Notes: a model not told the origin generated them from the letters alone. A DNA stretch of 43,851 nt from Cyanophora paradoxa CCMP329 (GCA_004431415.1 QPMI01000583.1:1-43851); one strand, 5' to 3'. Shown: positions 1 through 11,749, counted from the first letter of the stretch. Made by a program: numbers and translations.

Positions 1-54
1 ACGAAATGGTGGCTCTATCATTTCACCAGCCACAAATTCATCCAAATCAGTCAT
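1..54 (-). CDS. N-terminus of packaging ATPase (partial, runs off window)
   Basis: Translates MTDLDEFVAGEMIEPPFR, which aligns with MQDLEEFNVSEMIKGVFR of the copy-2 ATPase in the same position downstream of the MCP. Confidence 0.7.
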   Translation of the reverse strand, partial: MTDLDEFVAGEMIEPPFR

Positions 55-118
55 TGTTGTATATCTTTCTTAATAAAGACATATAAAAATAATGCAGGAG
101 ACTGAATATCGTCACAAT

Positions 119-1472
119 CTACAAATTTATACGACGAAGCCATCTTTGTCCAAAATTATATAGGAATGCATGAGAGCGCGAACATTAACATCGATTACCT
201 TATCTGAAGGCATGTACAGGGTGAGGAATGAAGAGAGGAATTTGTTAAATCAACATAACCAGACTGGGCAATATTTCGAATTGCCTTCTCTCCATCAATG
301 CAGAAACTTAAACCTGAAAGGACATAGCGATCAGCAACCTTATCCATGTTAGAGCATTTGAAGGCATCAGCAATTAGCTCAGCACCTTTGAGTAGGGAAA
401 TTGGCTCAGTGGCAAAAGTCGCTGTCCATTAATTTCAACAGTGAAAGTAATATCTTTGGAGTTGGCATAGGTCTTAAGAACACTGTGGGAGCCAGTGGAT
501 TTATCAACAGTTGCATTATCACGAACTGAAACAAGCAGAGCATAAACAAGACCTGAGATTTGAGAGAGTTAATTCGATTGGGTTGGGCATTGCCCTTGGC
601 AGGGAAAGCACTAGCATCTACAAATCCAATATCAAGGGAGGGAATAGCCATGCCAGTAGTCTTTACTTTTCAATTACAGTAGCGAAAGCTCATCAGAAAC
701 ATTAATAGCATGCATGTAAAGGCGAGGAGAAGTAATAGAAATGACAGGGTTGTTGCACCAAGAGTAAAGTCTGTGATGTTTTGACCAACATTTGCCAGAA
801 CAGTTTCAGCAGGGGCAGTTCCAAGACCATCATCTTTTGAATAATCTACATCAGCTGCTGCAACAGTAAGACCACGACCACCATAGGAAGTTTCAACATA
901 ACCCTTTCCAGCATCCTTAAACCAAAACAGTAACAACATTTCACCAGATAAAGCACCAAGGGGAAGGTAGTGATTTAGCCAAGGCACAGGAATTTCAACG
1001 AAAAATGAGCCACCAAGCGGTTGGTTCCATGAGCAGGAATGCCATGAACCATGCCCATTGATCGCTTCTTTTTAGCTAGTTGATCCTCCGAATAATAGAC
1101 CAGGGGGAAATGAGCAAGGAAATCAGATGGAATATGGTAGGTGTAAGATCCATAGTAATTCAAGTCGCTGAACTAAAGCACCAACTGGGCGAGGTATCCA
1201 TGCGAACTAGGTCAGTATCACCAGCAAAAGTGATGGCTGAAGTCGAAAGCAAGTTCGAGTTTTCCACAGAAATTGTAGCGAGGTAGCTTGAAGAAATGCG
1301 ATTTCCCACATTTATTCTCAAAGTATTGCTGGGATTCACAACAACTAGAACTGGCTAGACTTGGATTCGAGACCAAGCATAAGAGAGTTATCCAGGAAAA
1401 GGCTTTCGCCTCCTCTGGGGTTGTTAGGGCTTCTTTCAGCGAAAGTCTTTGAAGAGTGGAAGTGATATCCAT
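119..1472 (-). CDS. Major capsid protein, double jelly-roll (frameshifted in this assembly)
   Basis: Joined fragments of about 450 aa (MDITSTLQRL...ISFKLPRYNFCGKLELAFD...VEIPVPWLNHYLPLGALSGEM...RRINL). Beta-strand pattern and position between penton and ATPase fit a PLV/Polinton MCP. Homologous to 34126-35491. Confidence 0.75.
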
Positions 1473-1524
1473 TATATTCTCTTTTATTATACTGCAACAT
1501 AAAAAATCTACCAATGATCCTAAT

Positions 1525-2553
1525 TTATGCGAAGCTTGTAATAACTGGATAGGAAGGGTGAAGCTGCGACATCTCATCTTAAAGTATTCATAAACTGGGT
1601 CTCCTGCTGGCTCATCACCATAGCGAATTTCAAAGGTCAGATGAACAGGTTGACCCTCAAAATCAATTGGTTCATTTACAGCATTAACAATATCAACCGA
1701 GAAAGTGGATAATCCAACCTTTTTATATAGTATTTGTAAAGTGGATGAGCTCTGTTGAATTGTAAACAACATGCTCACCATAGTCTTTATCAGGGACCAC
1801 TATTTTGTGAAAGTAACCAGTCAGAAGACCATCCCCACATTGAACCAGATCACCCAGCTCCTTTACTCTCACAAACAAAACACTGTCCCTGTCTTCTCAG
1901 GCTCAAAAGAAGATATTAATGCCATTCACTCGACCATCAGTAAAGATTCCATCAGTGAGAGCATCATAAACTTGGGATTTGATTGGGGAATTCCCATATC
2001 TTCCAGGATCAAGACCAAGCAGTCTAGCTGAACTCAATAGCTTTTGGATTGTTTGTTGGCTTGGGTTTACAGCAAGTGAGAAAGCCAGGTAAAAAGGCAC
2101 TGCCGAGTGGAATATAATTCGTTTCAGTGACTCATCCCATTTGCAGCGAATGGATGGTTGAGGAGTTCTGCCAATGAATTTTGAGTTGATTACATTCACC
2201 AGCTGTTGGTGGCTTTGGATGGGGGTCTCGCGATTTACCATGAATTGTTTCCATTGTTCAAAATCAGCAGCTGGGCGAGTTGTTGGAATTCCTGAGCTTC
2301 CAGCTCCTGGAGTTTGTTCAGAATAATAAATACTAAATGTGTTATCAACTGTTACATCTCCTGCTTTGGTTTCACCACTCACCATAGGGATGCTGTTATA
2401 AAATTCGGCTGAGACCAGTCTCACAGCCCTCACATTCTCATAAGTACTGGGGAGTCTAGCCACAAAGCTTGATGTGGGACCATCACCAGAGATTGTATTA
2501 AATGAGCTAACCTCGATGTAATCCACAGGCATTCTTCTTTTATCTATATTCAT
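1525..2553 (-). CDS. Minor capsid (penton)-like protein 1 (frameshifted)
   Basis: N-terminal SSFVARLPSTYENVRAVRLVSAEFYNS and C-terminal FSVDIVNAVNEPIDFEGQPVHLTFEI are typical single-jelly-roll penton motifs. Confidence 0.7.
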
Positions 2554-2561
2554 ATATTAAA

Positions 2562-3483
2562 ATGAACCGGCTTGTTAATATTGATAGCAGGGATAGAAGC
2601 CAAGGACAAAATGAAAACTCTTACAGGGTCACCCTCACAACTCCAGTAGAGAGACCAAGGGAATGTAGGGTTCTCTATGCAGAGATTCCAAACAGTATCT
2701 ATAACAGTGTGGGAACTGATCATCTAACAGTTCAGTTTAATTACCAAGATGGTTCATATAACCAAGTGATCACACAACAAGTGTATCCCCTTCCAGTGGC
2801 TACATCAATCAGTCATTTTGGGTAACACACCCTTATAATTATGGGCTGAACTATTCAAGCTTCCAAACCATTGCAGGCAAAACAGTAGCTTTTGAGTTCA
2901 AGATATTCTACAATCCAACTACCTATAAAGTGGAGTTTTACAGTAATCATGAGTTTCGTTTTATGCAAGCAACAAGCGAATAGGGAAGCTTTTGGGTGTG
3001 AGTTCTACTGAATACACACTGGGTATTATAGCACTCCTCCTGTTGGTGGATCTCCCTATCGACCTGAGAACCTTTTAAAGTATGATGGCAAACCTATTAC
3101 ACCTGATCACCCAGCATGGGGAATCACCTTCTCAGGACCCAGACTCTCCTCTAAGCCCTTGCAATATTATTTTGACAGCAGGAAGATGTCTGATATGAAT
3201 GTGAGCAGTATCTGTACATGCATATTAAAGAGCTTGCCCCTTGCCAGCAGACACAATATAATTCCGAAATCGCAACCACATAACCAGGGGCAATCCTTAG
3301 ATTGCAATTGAGTAAGGATATAGGTGGCTATGTTTACCATAGTGGTGAACATGCAGAATTCATTCAGATAAATGACAGAAACCTGGTGATAAGGAACTCA
3401 CAGTTGAGTTTAAAGATTACTTTGGTGAACTGATTGATATGAATGGAATCGATAATTCTTTTCAGTTGGAGTTTATCGAATAA
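2562..3483 (+). CDS. Minor capsid (penton)-like protein 2 (frameshifted)
   Basis: N-terminal NIDSRDR...YAEIPNS and C-terminal FKDYFGELIDMNGIDNSFQLEF are characteristic penton motifs. Nearly intact in copy 2. Confidence 0.75.
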
Positions 3484-5024
3484 AGGCACCTGTAAAGTCA
3501 ACTCTCATTGTGGAGCATTCACATACACAAGGGGATAAATGCGAATATATTTAATTCTGAGAGAAAAACCTATGTAAAAGCATCCTTGATGCTGAGAGGA
3601 AATCCACTCAATAGAGCCACATCACCTGAGTTGTGAGCATTGTTAATGTTCTCACAGACATATATTTTGTTTTGCCCATCTGATCGAATAAAAGACCAGT
3701 TGATCCCATCAGTGGATGTTGCCACATTGAAAGTCTTAATAAAAGCATTGTGTCCCTGATCCATAGGCAATCACAGAAGAGAGTTCAAAAGTATATGGAA
3801 AAGCAACTTGAAGGTATTCAGTGGGGGTTTCCCATATCTGCTCAGGAGCATAGGCTCCAGCTTCCCAGCCAAATGCTGAAGGTCTAGCCATGAAAGGCTC
3901 TTTACCTGTCACAGAGGATGAGGCAGTAAAGGCATCATCTGCAAGCTGATACCAATTGGCATCCAAAGGAGGTGATGTAGTGAGAGTGGATGAGATGTAA
4001 GCCTTTGTAGGGTTCTTTAGTTCATAGTTTGCTACTAGAAGGCTGCAAAGCTTATTGATCATATCATTGTTTGCTGCTATGTAGGTTTCAGTAAATGCAA
4101 GCATATCTGGAATCTTTGTGGTGTCATCCAGGGAGCTTACTATGTGATTCGGAAGAGGTACTGATAGCCTGTAATATCTCCCATAATCCTGATCATAGTT
4201 GTAGGGTAACAACTCCTCCATCTTATCAAGGGCAGATAGCTCACTTGCAGCCATGAGCATGTTAATCAATGGGCTTCCATCTGTTGAGGCAATCCATGAG
4301 AGAATGCCCCAGCTGTTGACAGTCTCATAAGCATAACCCACATAATCAGACTCTAAATGTGGGTCCACCTCTCCACAAGATATACTTATTACTATAATAT
4401 CATCATCATCACTGTAAATTTTCTTTGCATGGCTGTAACCACACACACTGGGATTATTGTTTCCAGAAATGGCACCATCAATGAGACAGACATATACTCC
4501 CCGATTGAAATCAACAATGCTTACAGGTGAAAAGTATGTAGGAGCAGCAGAAGTAGCCCTAGCAGCAATCTTACAGGCATAAAGTTGTAATTGTTGTCAT
4601 TTGTGATAAATATTGGTTTCATATTCTGAGTATCAAAGGATGTAATCACAATGTCCTTTAGGGAATCCTGTATTAGTGATTCACCAGTAACTGAATTGAT
4701 TGCAGTCTCCAAGGGTCCCACATCATACTTTGTATTAAAAAGGGCATTTTCGATTATATTTCGAGGATTTGCGAAAATCAAGGGCAGTTGAGTTAGGTAA
4801 ATATTGTGTAAATCGTTTGCTGTCAGTTTAGGTTCACCTGGTTTATCAGGATGCCTGATGTTTAACCCAATAGCAATGATCCCACCAGTGGAAGTTCCAC
4901 TCACAAGATCCACAAGATCGATTATTCTCCTGCCAGTTCGATTTTCGATTTCTTTTAGCAGCCTGGTTATGATAATGCCCCTTGCACCTCCCCCTGACAG
5001 ACTTAGGACTATTTTGAGAGGCAT
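3473..5024 (-). CDS. Patatin-like phospholipase fused to C-terminal F5/8 type C (discoidin) domain (frameshifted)
   Basis: SLSGGGARG oxyanion motif, GTSTG nucleophile elbow, ATSAAPTYF and LIDGA. The C-terminus EYLQVAF...FNVATSTDGINW...KYIRIYP...MRVDF matches a discoidin pattern. Confidence 0.85.
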
Positions 5025-5067
5025 CTTTTACTTATCAGGAATTTTATAAATCCATATAGTAAAAGCC

Positions 5068-8000
5068 ATGAGCTTCAATTACCCACCCAATCTAGAAACC
5101 ATTCAAGATGATAATGCAAGCAGCACCAAGCATGTGAACTTTGATAATATTAAAGTAAAGGGTTCAGTTTCAATTGACCACAGCTCTGATAATTCATCAA
5201 AGACTCAATCAAGGGAGCATGCTTTATCTGTGAATCAAACCGATCCAGATAAAGAGGATGTCAGTGTTGCTTTTAGCTTGGGTAATGTGAAAGCAAACCA
5301 AGTGGCAGAGATTAAAGCAACCAGAAGGAGACCTAGGAAACTAAAAACCAGTGGCACCCATCCAGATATACCTTCCAGGTTTGATAGTGGTCGTTTGGTT
5401 TTCAATGTTCAAGATGAGCAGGGCAAACAGAACACAGCTTTGCGAATTTACAATGAGGGCAGCACTGCAAAAGCTGAGGTCCCCCAAGTATTGCAAGTGG
5501 GTCCCATTGCCAACACAAATCAGGTCTCCTACACAAATGATGTATACCCCAAGGATATTACATATGACTTTGCGAGGAATGAGCCTTTTGGGTTTTTTAC
5601 TCCAAAAGATGTCCATCAAAAAAAGCCATCAATTACAATCAACAGTAGCCCCAGTCAACCAGTAGCAATCCATTTACACCCTGATTTAGTCGAAATGGAT
5701 AGGCACCTTTTGCCTTTGTATAGCAATGTGAAAGACCTTGGAATTCGAACCAGGCAATGGCGAAATATCCATGGCAGTAATGTGTATGCAAATGGTGAGA
5801 AGCTTGTTAGTGAGAAAACCCTAAGAGAAATCATTGAGCATTATGGTCCCAATGGACCTACTGTCCCATTCCCTATTCCATTTCCCAATGGACCACCCGA
5901 TTTAACACCAAAGAAGCAGCCTGGAAGAGAATACACAGCCACTGAGGATGTAGCCTTTGGGCAGCACATTGTTAGTTGGGAGCAAGTTCGCAATAAACCT
6001 ATAATTGAACCAAAAAAGCAAATAGATGAGCAGTATTTACCTCCTGAAATCGATATATTAGAGCTTGATGAATATCAATTCGTTCCAGATGAGGAGGAGT
6101 ATTTACCAGATGGTTTTGACCCACAAGAGTATGAGTATGATCAATATGACCCCAATGAGGAGGAGTATTTACCTGATGGCTTAGATCCACAAGAGTATGA
6201 GTATGAGCAAAATTATGAACCCCATGAAAATTACCTACCAGATGGTCATGATCCACCAGCAGTTGATTATGAGCAACCTTATGAACCCCATGAGGAATTG
6301 TTACCAGATGGATTTCGACCTGAGATCTGGGAGTTCTTTCCTGATTATGAACAAATTAATAATAAACCTGCAAAGTATCCCCCAGAGGATCACAATCATG
6401 ATTGGGATGAGATCTTAGGCAAACCTCAAAAGTATCCACCAGAAGATCACAGGCATGATTGGGGTGATATTGATGGGATACCTACTGAGTTCCCACCAAG
6501 CAAACATGAACATATTTGGGATGAGATCAATGACCAACCAGAATTCGCAAAGGTAGAGCCTCTTGATAACTTGGGGGTTTCTCTTTATCAGACTTGTAAT
6601 GTCCCAGAAAGAATCTTTTTGAATGAACACTATGTACATGTGAATGGGACACTTGCAAATTCAGCTATGAGAGGACCACTTCATATTAGGACATTACCAG
6701 GCTCTTTTGAAACCCCACCACCACCAGGAGCAACCATACCAAATATCTTTGTGTCAAGCTACATGGAGGCTGACATTCCCACAGACCTAGCAAAATTTCA
6801 ACTCTGCTATACAGGTTCATGTTGCAGATGTGAGCAGTCTGGATGGATCAAGACCAATGATAGTATTCAGCAGAGATAAATATTCCTACATTCCCATAGT
6901 GGGAACTGCAAATGATAATTATGGGAGAGCAGAGCTTGCATGGATTAAAACAGATTATGGTGGGGTTCTGGAAGCCAATCAGAGGATGGCTGCAAAAAAC
7001 ATACACAATGAAAATATTTCGAGAGTGGTCACAGAGGATTATCTTACTGCTGTTGTTCTTGTGAATATAGTCACCCTTGCTATGCTTGCAAATTATGTAA
7101 CGAAAAATGAACTTGCTCTTGAATTATCAAAGTATCTTCTCAAAACAGGTGGAACAATCACAGGGGACCTTACTGTTACCAGTAACCTTTACACAAGTAA
7201 CCTTTATGCAAGCAATATAACTGTCGATTTTCTTACTGTTACATCTAATGCAAACCTCCCACATCATCCAACTTCAAATGTTGTGGATGGGTGGATCAAA
7301 AACCATACCCACACCAAAGACCAAATTATAGATTTTGATCACACTCATGCCTGGTCGAATATTGTGGACAAACCATTGACTTTTCCCCCAGATGATCACA
7401 CCCATGCCTGGTCAAATATTGTAGACAAACCTATCACCTTCCCTCCTGATACTCACACTCATGATTATACCCAGATCACCAACTGCAATCACAGACACCC
7501 TTGGAGTGAAATCGATCAGCAACCCAAATTTGCATCTGCAGGCAATCTGTTAACAGATTTCCCACATGGTGTGAGTCTTTACCAGAGCAATGCCATACCT
7601 GAAAGGCTGCAAGTCAATGACTATTATGTAAATCGAAAAGGCATTGATGCAGGGACCACTATGGAGGGTGAATTATACATCAGACCCCCTACAAGAATGC
7701 AGATGATTGCAGCAGGTGGAAACTTTGGAGCATTGGACACCAAACCAGGTATCTATTTGACAAGTTACTATGCTGATGACATCCCAATGACAGCAGGATT
7801 ACCACCACTCCCATCTGATCCAGTGAACTTTGATGATAAAGATGCAGCAATCCAAATAAATGTTACTGATGTGAGTGATTTGGATGGTTCAAGACCAAAG
7901 TTAATATTTAGCAGGGAGAGACTGTTACCTGATGCTCTCATAGGAAATCGAGATGACTATAAGAGATGTGAGATGGCATGGATCAAAACGAATTATAATG

Positions 8001-9322
8001 GTGGAGTTGGTGAGGGAGTTCTAGAGATCAATCAGAGGGCAGCAGCAAAGAATATTCACAATGAGACCATATCAAGAGTGGTGACAGAGGATTACCTTCA
8101 AGCCCAGAACTACATAGATGAAACAGAACTTAATACAATCATTGCAGGTATAGGAGTCACAGGAAATTACCTCCCTCTCACAGGTGGGATTATTGATGGA
8201 ACAGTAACAGCATGCAATTTCTTTGTCCACACTGAAAGCAATCAAACCTTCCCTGTGGTTCACCCAGGAGGTGAGTATGAGATTCCAGATGATCCAGCTA
8301 TCATGCCCATCAAGATTGATCTACCTTCTGATTATGTAGGAAGGGGTGAACTGAAAACCATTTCATTTACAGGAGATTATAATGATCTCATTAATAAACC
8401 TACTGCTGCAAATCTGCATCCTGTGGCATTTTCAGGAAGCTTCCTTGATCTTAATAATAGATCACACACCCACACAAAGGCAGAGATCACAGATTTCGCA
8501 CACACTCACACAAAATCACAGATAACAGATTTTGCTCACACCCACACCAGAGCAGATATTACGAATTTCGCTCACACTCATGTTAAATCTGAGATCACAG
8601 ATTTTGCACACACTCACACCAAGTCACAGATAACAGATTTTGCTCACAATCACACAAAGGCAGAGATTACAGACTTTGCACACACTCATGATTGGAATAC
8701 AGATATCTATAACAAACCTGCAATATTCTCAGGCAACTACAATGATTTGACCAATAGACCAACTCTTGATCCCTTCACAGCAACCACTATTAGAGCCAAC
8801 AGCACAATGTATGTAGGATCAGGTCAGATTGTAGAACCAGCAGGACCAATGTTTGATGAAACATGGTTTTTCCACAATTCGCAGAATTATTATGATCAAA
8901 CACTACTTGTGAGAGGGAATGCCTATGCAAGGAATTTCTATGCTATGAACCCTTCAAATAATCAGACTATCAGTAGATGCATTACAGAAGCAGATCTTTC
9001 CAGTCAACTCAATGCATATTTTAATGGGAAAATTCAAGCAGGAAAGTATGTTTACACTACTCCTGTTTTGAACTACAATAATCTCTATGTGTTCAATCTA
9101 ACTATCTATTTTACCAATGCCTTTGCTTCTCCTCCTGTTGTGACAGCAACAGTAAGGCATGAAGGACAAGATCCAAATTATCAAGCAACTCCTGTCATTT
9201 TTACTGTGAACCTGTTGGAGGTTTACAGTAACTATTTCACTTGTGAACTTTTCACTGATCCATATGCAATGAATAATTCATCCAAAACTGTGACAATCCA
9301 TTACATTGCTGTCGCAATTTAA
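5068..9322 (+). CDS. Long fibre/tail-like virion protein (about 1400 aa; one probable frameshift near 6800 joins ORFs 5068-6879 and 6830-9322)
   Basis: Acidic LPDG repeats, HxHxW..I..KP repeats, HTHTKxxITDFA phage-tail-like repeats, YNDLxNxP motifs, an internally duplicated domain ending AWIKT...NQR.AAKNIHNE.ISRVVTEDYL, and a C-terminal F.SPPVVTAT fibre-tip-like domain. Confidence 0.7.
6067..6325 (+). repeat. Acidic coding repeat of about 20 aa (EEYLPDGxDPQEYEYxQ), about 4 units
   Basis: Visible in both translation and DNA; also present at about 40070-40320. Confidence 0.85.
8465..8689 (+). repeat. 36-bp coding tandem repeat, 6 units plus a partial unit (HTHTKAEITDFA)
   Basis: Direct reading; variation is mostly at synonymous positions. 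Confidence 0.9.
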
Positions 9323-9341
9323 CTATTTGATTAATATAAAG

Positions 9342-10415
9342 ATGACCTCACTATTAGAGATCCCAAACTATGAACTTGCAGCCAAATCACTCCATAGCAC
9401 CTCTCATGGAGTAGTTGATTCAACCCCTGGGTATATTTGCACTGAAACTTCAAGTAATACCTCTTTCACAGAGAATAATATACTCAGATTCAAAGAAATT
9501 CGATGTGATCGAAATGGAGGCAAGATAAGAACCACAGGCATTATAATCTCGAATAAAAATCAGATTCAAGCAGGTCAAATAGTCCCCAATTCAGCAATAT
9601 ATGATAATGTGGGTGGATTCACCACAGCAAAGATAGTTAATTTCGATAACACAATAAATAATTCGGCTCTTGTAGTCAGAAGTGGAGGAGCCTACATTGG
9701 TGATGGAGCAATTGTGGTGGGGACTGTCACAGCAAATCAGTTGACTGTGAATGGGACAAGCAGTTTTACTCAATTAATGAATATCAACTCTGGTCTTTTA
9801 GGAAATATAATTTATGGGACACTTCAAGCATTTCTGAGAGTTCAAACATCCGAAATTGGTACTGGAACAGATTCCAACATGACCTACAAAGTAAATGGTA
9901 ATACAATTGTCACTCTTGAAAAAACGACAGTTGCAGAGACAGAGATAAAATCATTCACACTTTCTCCAACTTGCTATCTGAAAAGGACCTATTGCCCAAG
10001 ATTTTGTGTCACAAAACTGTTACCCAATCAGACAGTATCAACATCATCATGGGCATCTGGCTCTCAAGTTACCTTTACAGTTCCTAGTTTCGCCACTTAT
10101 TATGTCAACAATGAAGGCAACTGGAATGATTGGTATTTATTTACTGCACCTGTTGCAGGTGTATACCGGGTTTTCTTCACAGCTCTCAGAGTAGATACTC
10201 AGACTTCTTATGTGACTATCTTAAAGCTTTCAATAAATGGAATTGCATCCAATTACGAATTTCAATGTTCATTAACAGGACAAATGGCTATCACATACGA
10301 AACATTAATTACTCTTAACATGGGGGACAGTGTTGGAATATTAAACTCAACAGGTGTTACTATCACTATAAGCCAACGATGTTACTTGGGCTGTTATCTG
10401 GTAAGCGCCATATAA
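9342..10415 (+). CDS. Fibre-like paralog 1 with C-terminal C1q-like domain
   Basis: FTAPVAGVYRVFF...TLITLNMGDSVGI...YLGCYLV C1q pattern; shared N-terminal domain KEIRCDRNGG...SGGAYIGDG. Confidence 0.75.
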   Translation: MTSLLEIPNYELAAKSLHSTSHGVVDSTPGYICTETSSNTSFTENNILRFKEIRCDRNGGKIRTTGIIISNKNQIQAGQIVPNSAIYDNVGGFTTAKIVNFDNTINNSALVVRSGGAYIGDGAIVVGTVTANQLTVNGTSSFTQLMNINSGLLGNIIYGTLQAFLRVQTSEIGTGTDSNMTYKVNGNTIVTLEKTTVAETEIKSFTLSPTCYLKRTYCPRFCVTKLLPNQTVSTSSWASGSQVTFTVPSFATYYVNNEGNWNDWYLFTAPVAGVYRVFFTALRVDTQTSYVTILKLSINGIASNYEFQCSLTGQMAITYETLITLNMGDSVGILNSTGVTITISQRCYLGCYLVSAI

Positions 10416-10437
10416 TATTGTCTGTGTAATATAAAGA

Positions 10438-11461
10438 ATGGCTACTCAAATAGCAGTCCCTGTTTTCTGTTATGCTGCCCCAAAAATACACCAACTTAAC
10501 CATGCTGTAACAGATGCAACCCCAGGTTTTATTTGTACAGAAACAACTGGGGCAGATTCATTTTCGCAGAACTCTGTAATTAGATGCAAAGAAATTCGAT
10601 GTGATCGAAATGGGGGAAGGTGAGAACCACAGGTCTCATAGTTTCGAATAAAAATCAAGTTCAATCAGGACAGATCGTTTCGGATTCTGCAATTTATGAT
10701 GATGTGGGAGGGTTCACCACACCCAAGATTGTTACTTTTGATAACACAAGTAATAACTCTGCTCTTGTGGTAAAAAGTGGAGGGGCATACATTGGAGATG
10801 GAGCAAGAATAAATGGGAATCTTACAACAGAACAAATCACAGTAACAGGAGCAACTACGTTTAATGATTTGGTAACAGCAAATGGGGGTGTGTATGTTCC
10901 TGGGCGCAACAATCTATTGTTTCAGCAACTACCAAAATAGTTACACCTGAAATAGACACAGGATCAAGCGCAAATCTGGTTTTTAAACGCAATAGTGATG
11001 TTATGGCGACCCTAGAAGCCAATAGTTTCACCCTGAATACAGGATGTTATTTAAAGTATGATTTTCAACCTCGATTATGTGTTCAACTTGGTTACACACA
11101 CACTGCTACAAGTGCTGCCCCTCTCATTAACTGGACAACAGTTTTTATTGATAACAGAGGTGCATTCAATGTAGGCAATGGAAGATTTACAGCTCCTGTT
11201 GCAGGTCATTACAGATTTACAGTAAACTCTGCCTCCACAACTTCATCTTCTGTAAGTCTTACTTTGCAGGTGAATGACACTAACCCTGGTGGTCTTTCCA
11301 TTGGAACCTTTGGAACTTCGACAACAATTGCAGCAAAACCTCTATATATAAATGTTATACTCAATCTTGCTGCAGGAGAATATGTAACAATTGTCACAGG
11401 AACCACAGGTAGTTATTCAAGTCGAACCATGTTTACTGGTGAACTTCTAAGTATCACATAA
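10438..11461 (+). CDS. Fibre-like paralog 2 with C-terminal C1q-like domain (two frameshifts)
   Basis: N-terminus closely similar to paralog 1; DNRGAFNVGNGRFTAPVAGHYRF...LNLAAGEYV...FTGELL is a canonical C1q pattern. Confidence 0.78.
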
Positions 11462-11482
11462 TTTTCTCACTATTAAGTAGGA

Positions 11483-11749
11483 ATGTCGAATATATACCAA
11501 GTTGTTCTATCTGATACCGAAAATTTGGGAATGGAGTACTGTGCTGCCTCTGTTCAGGATTGGATTGATAATGTTGTTCATAACAGGGCAAGAATTGCAA
11601 TTGATGAGATTGTTCAGAAAGAGATTCAATCTTGTATCTCATCAGGAGTTCAAATACCAACCTCCAAGGAAGCAATTGTGTTGCAGGCTTTCCAAAGGGG
11701 AACTGTAAAGAAAGGTATTGAGTATAATAATGTCACAGAAGAACAATGA
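11483..11749 (+). CDS. Small phage-like protein, possible fibre assembly chaperone
   Basis: QDWIDN...NRARIAIDEI...QAF..G.VK resembles, from memory, small hypothetical proteins found next to tail-fibre genes in marine tailed phages. Confidence 0.5.
   Translation: MSNIYQVVLSDTENLGMEYCAASVQDWIDNVVHNRARIAIDEIVQKEIQSCISSGVQIPTSKEAIVLQAFQRGTVKKGIEYNNVTEEQ

Noticed and set aside
8465-8689. 36-bp repeats as a CRISPR array
   Set aside because: Contiguous in-frame coding repeats with no spacers.
9342-11461. Diversity-generating retroelement acting on fibre heads
   Set aside because: No reverse transcriptase and no template/variable repeat pair differing only at adenines was seen.
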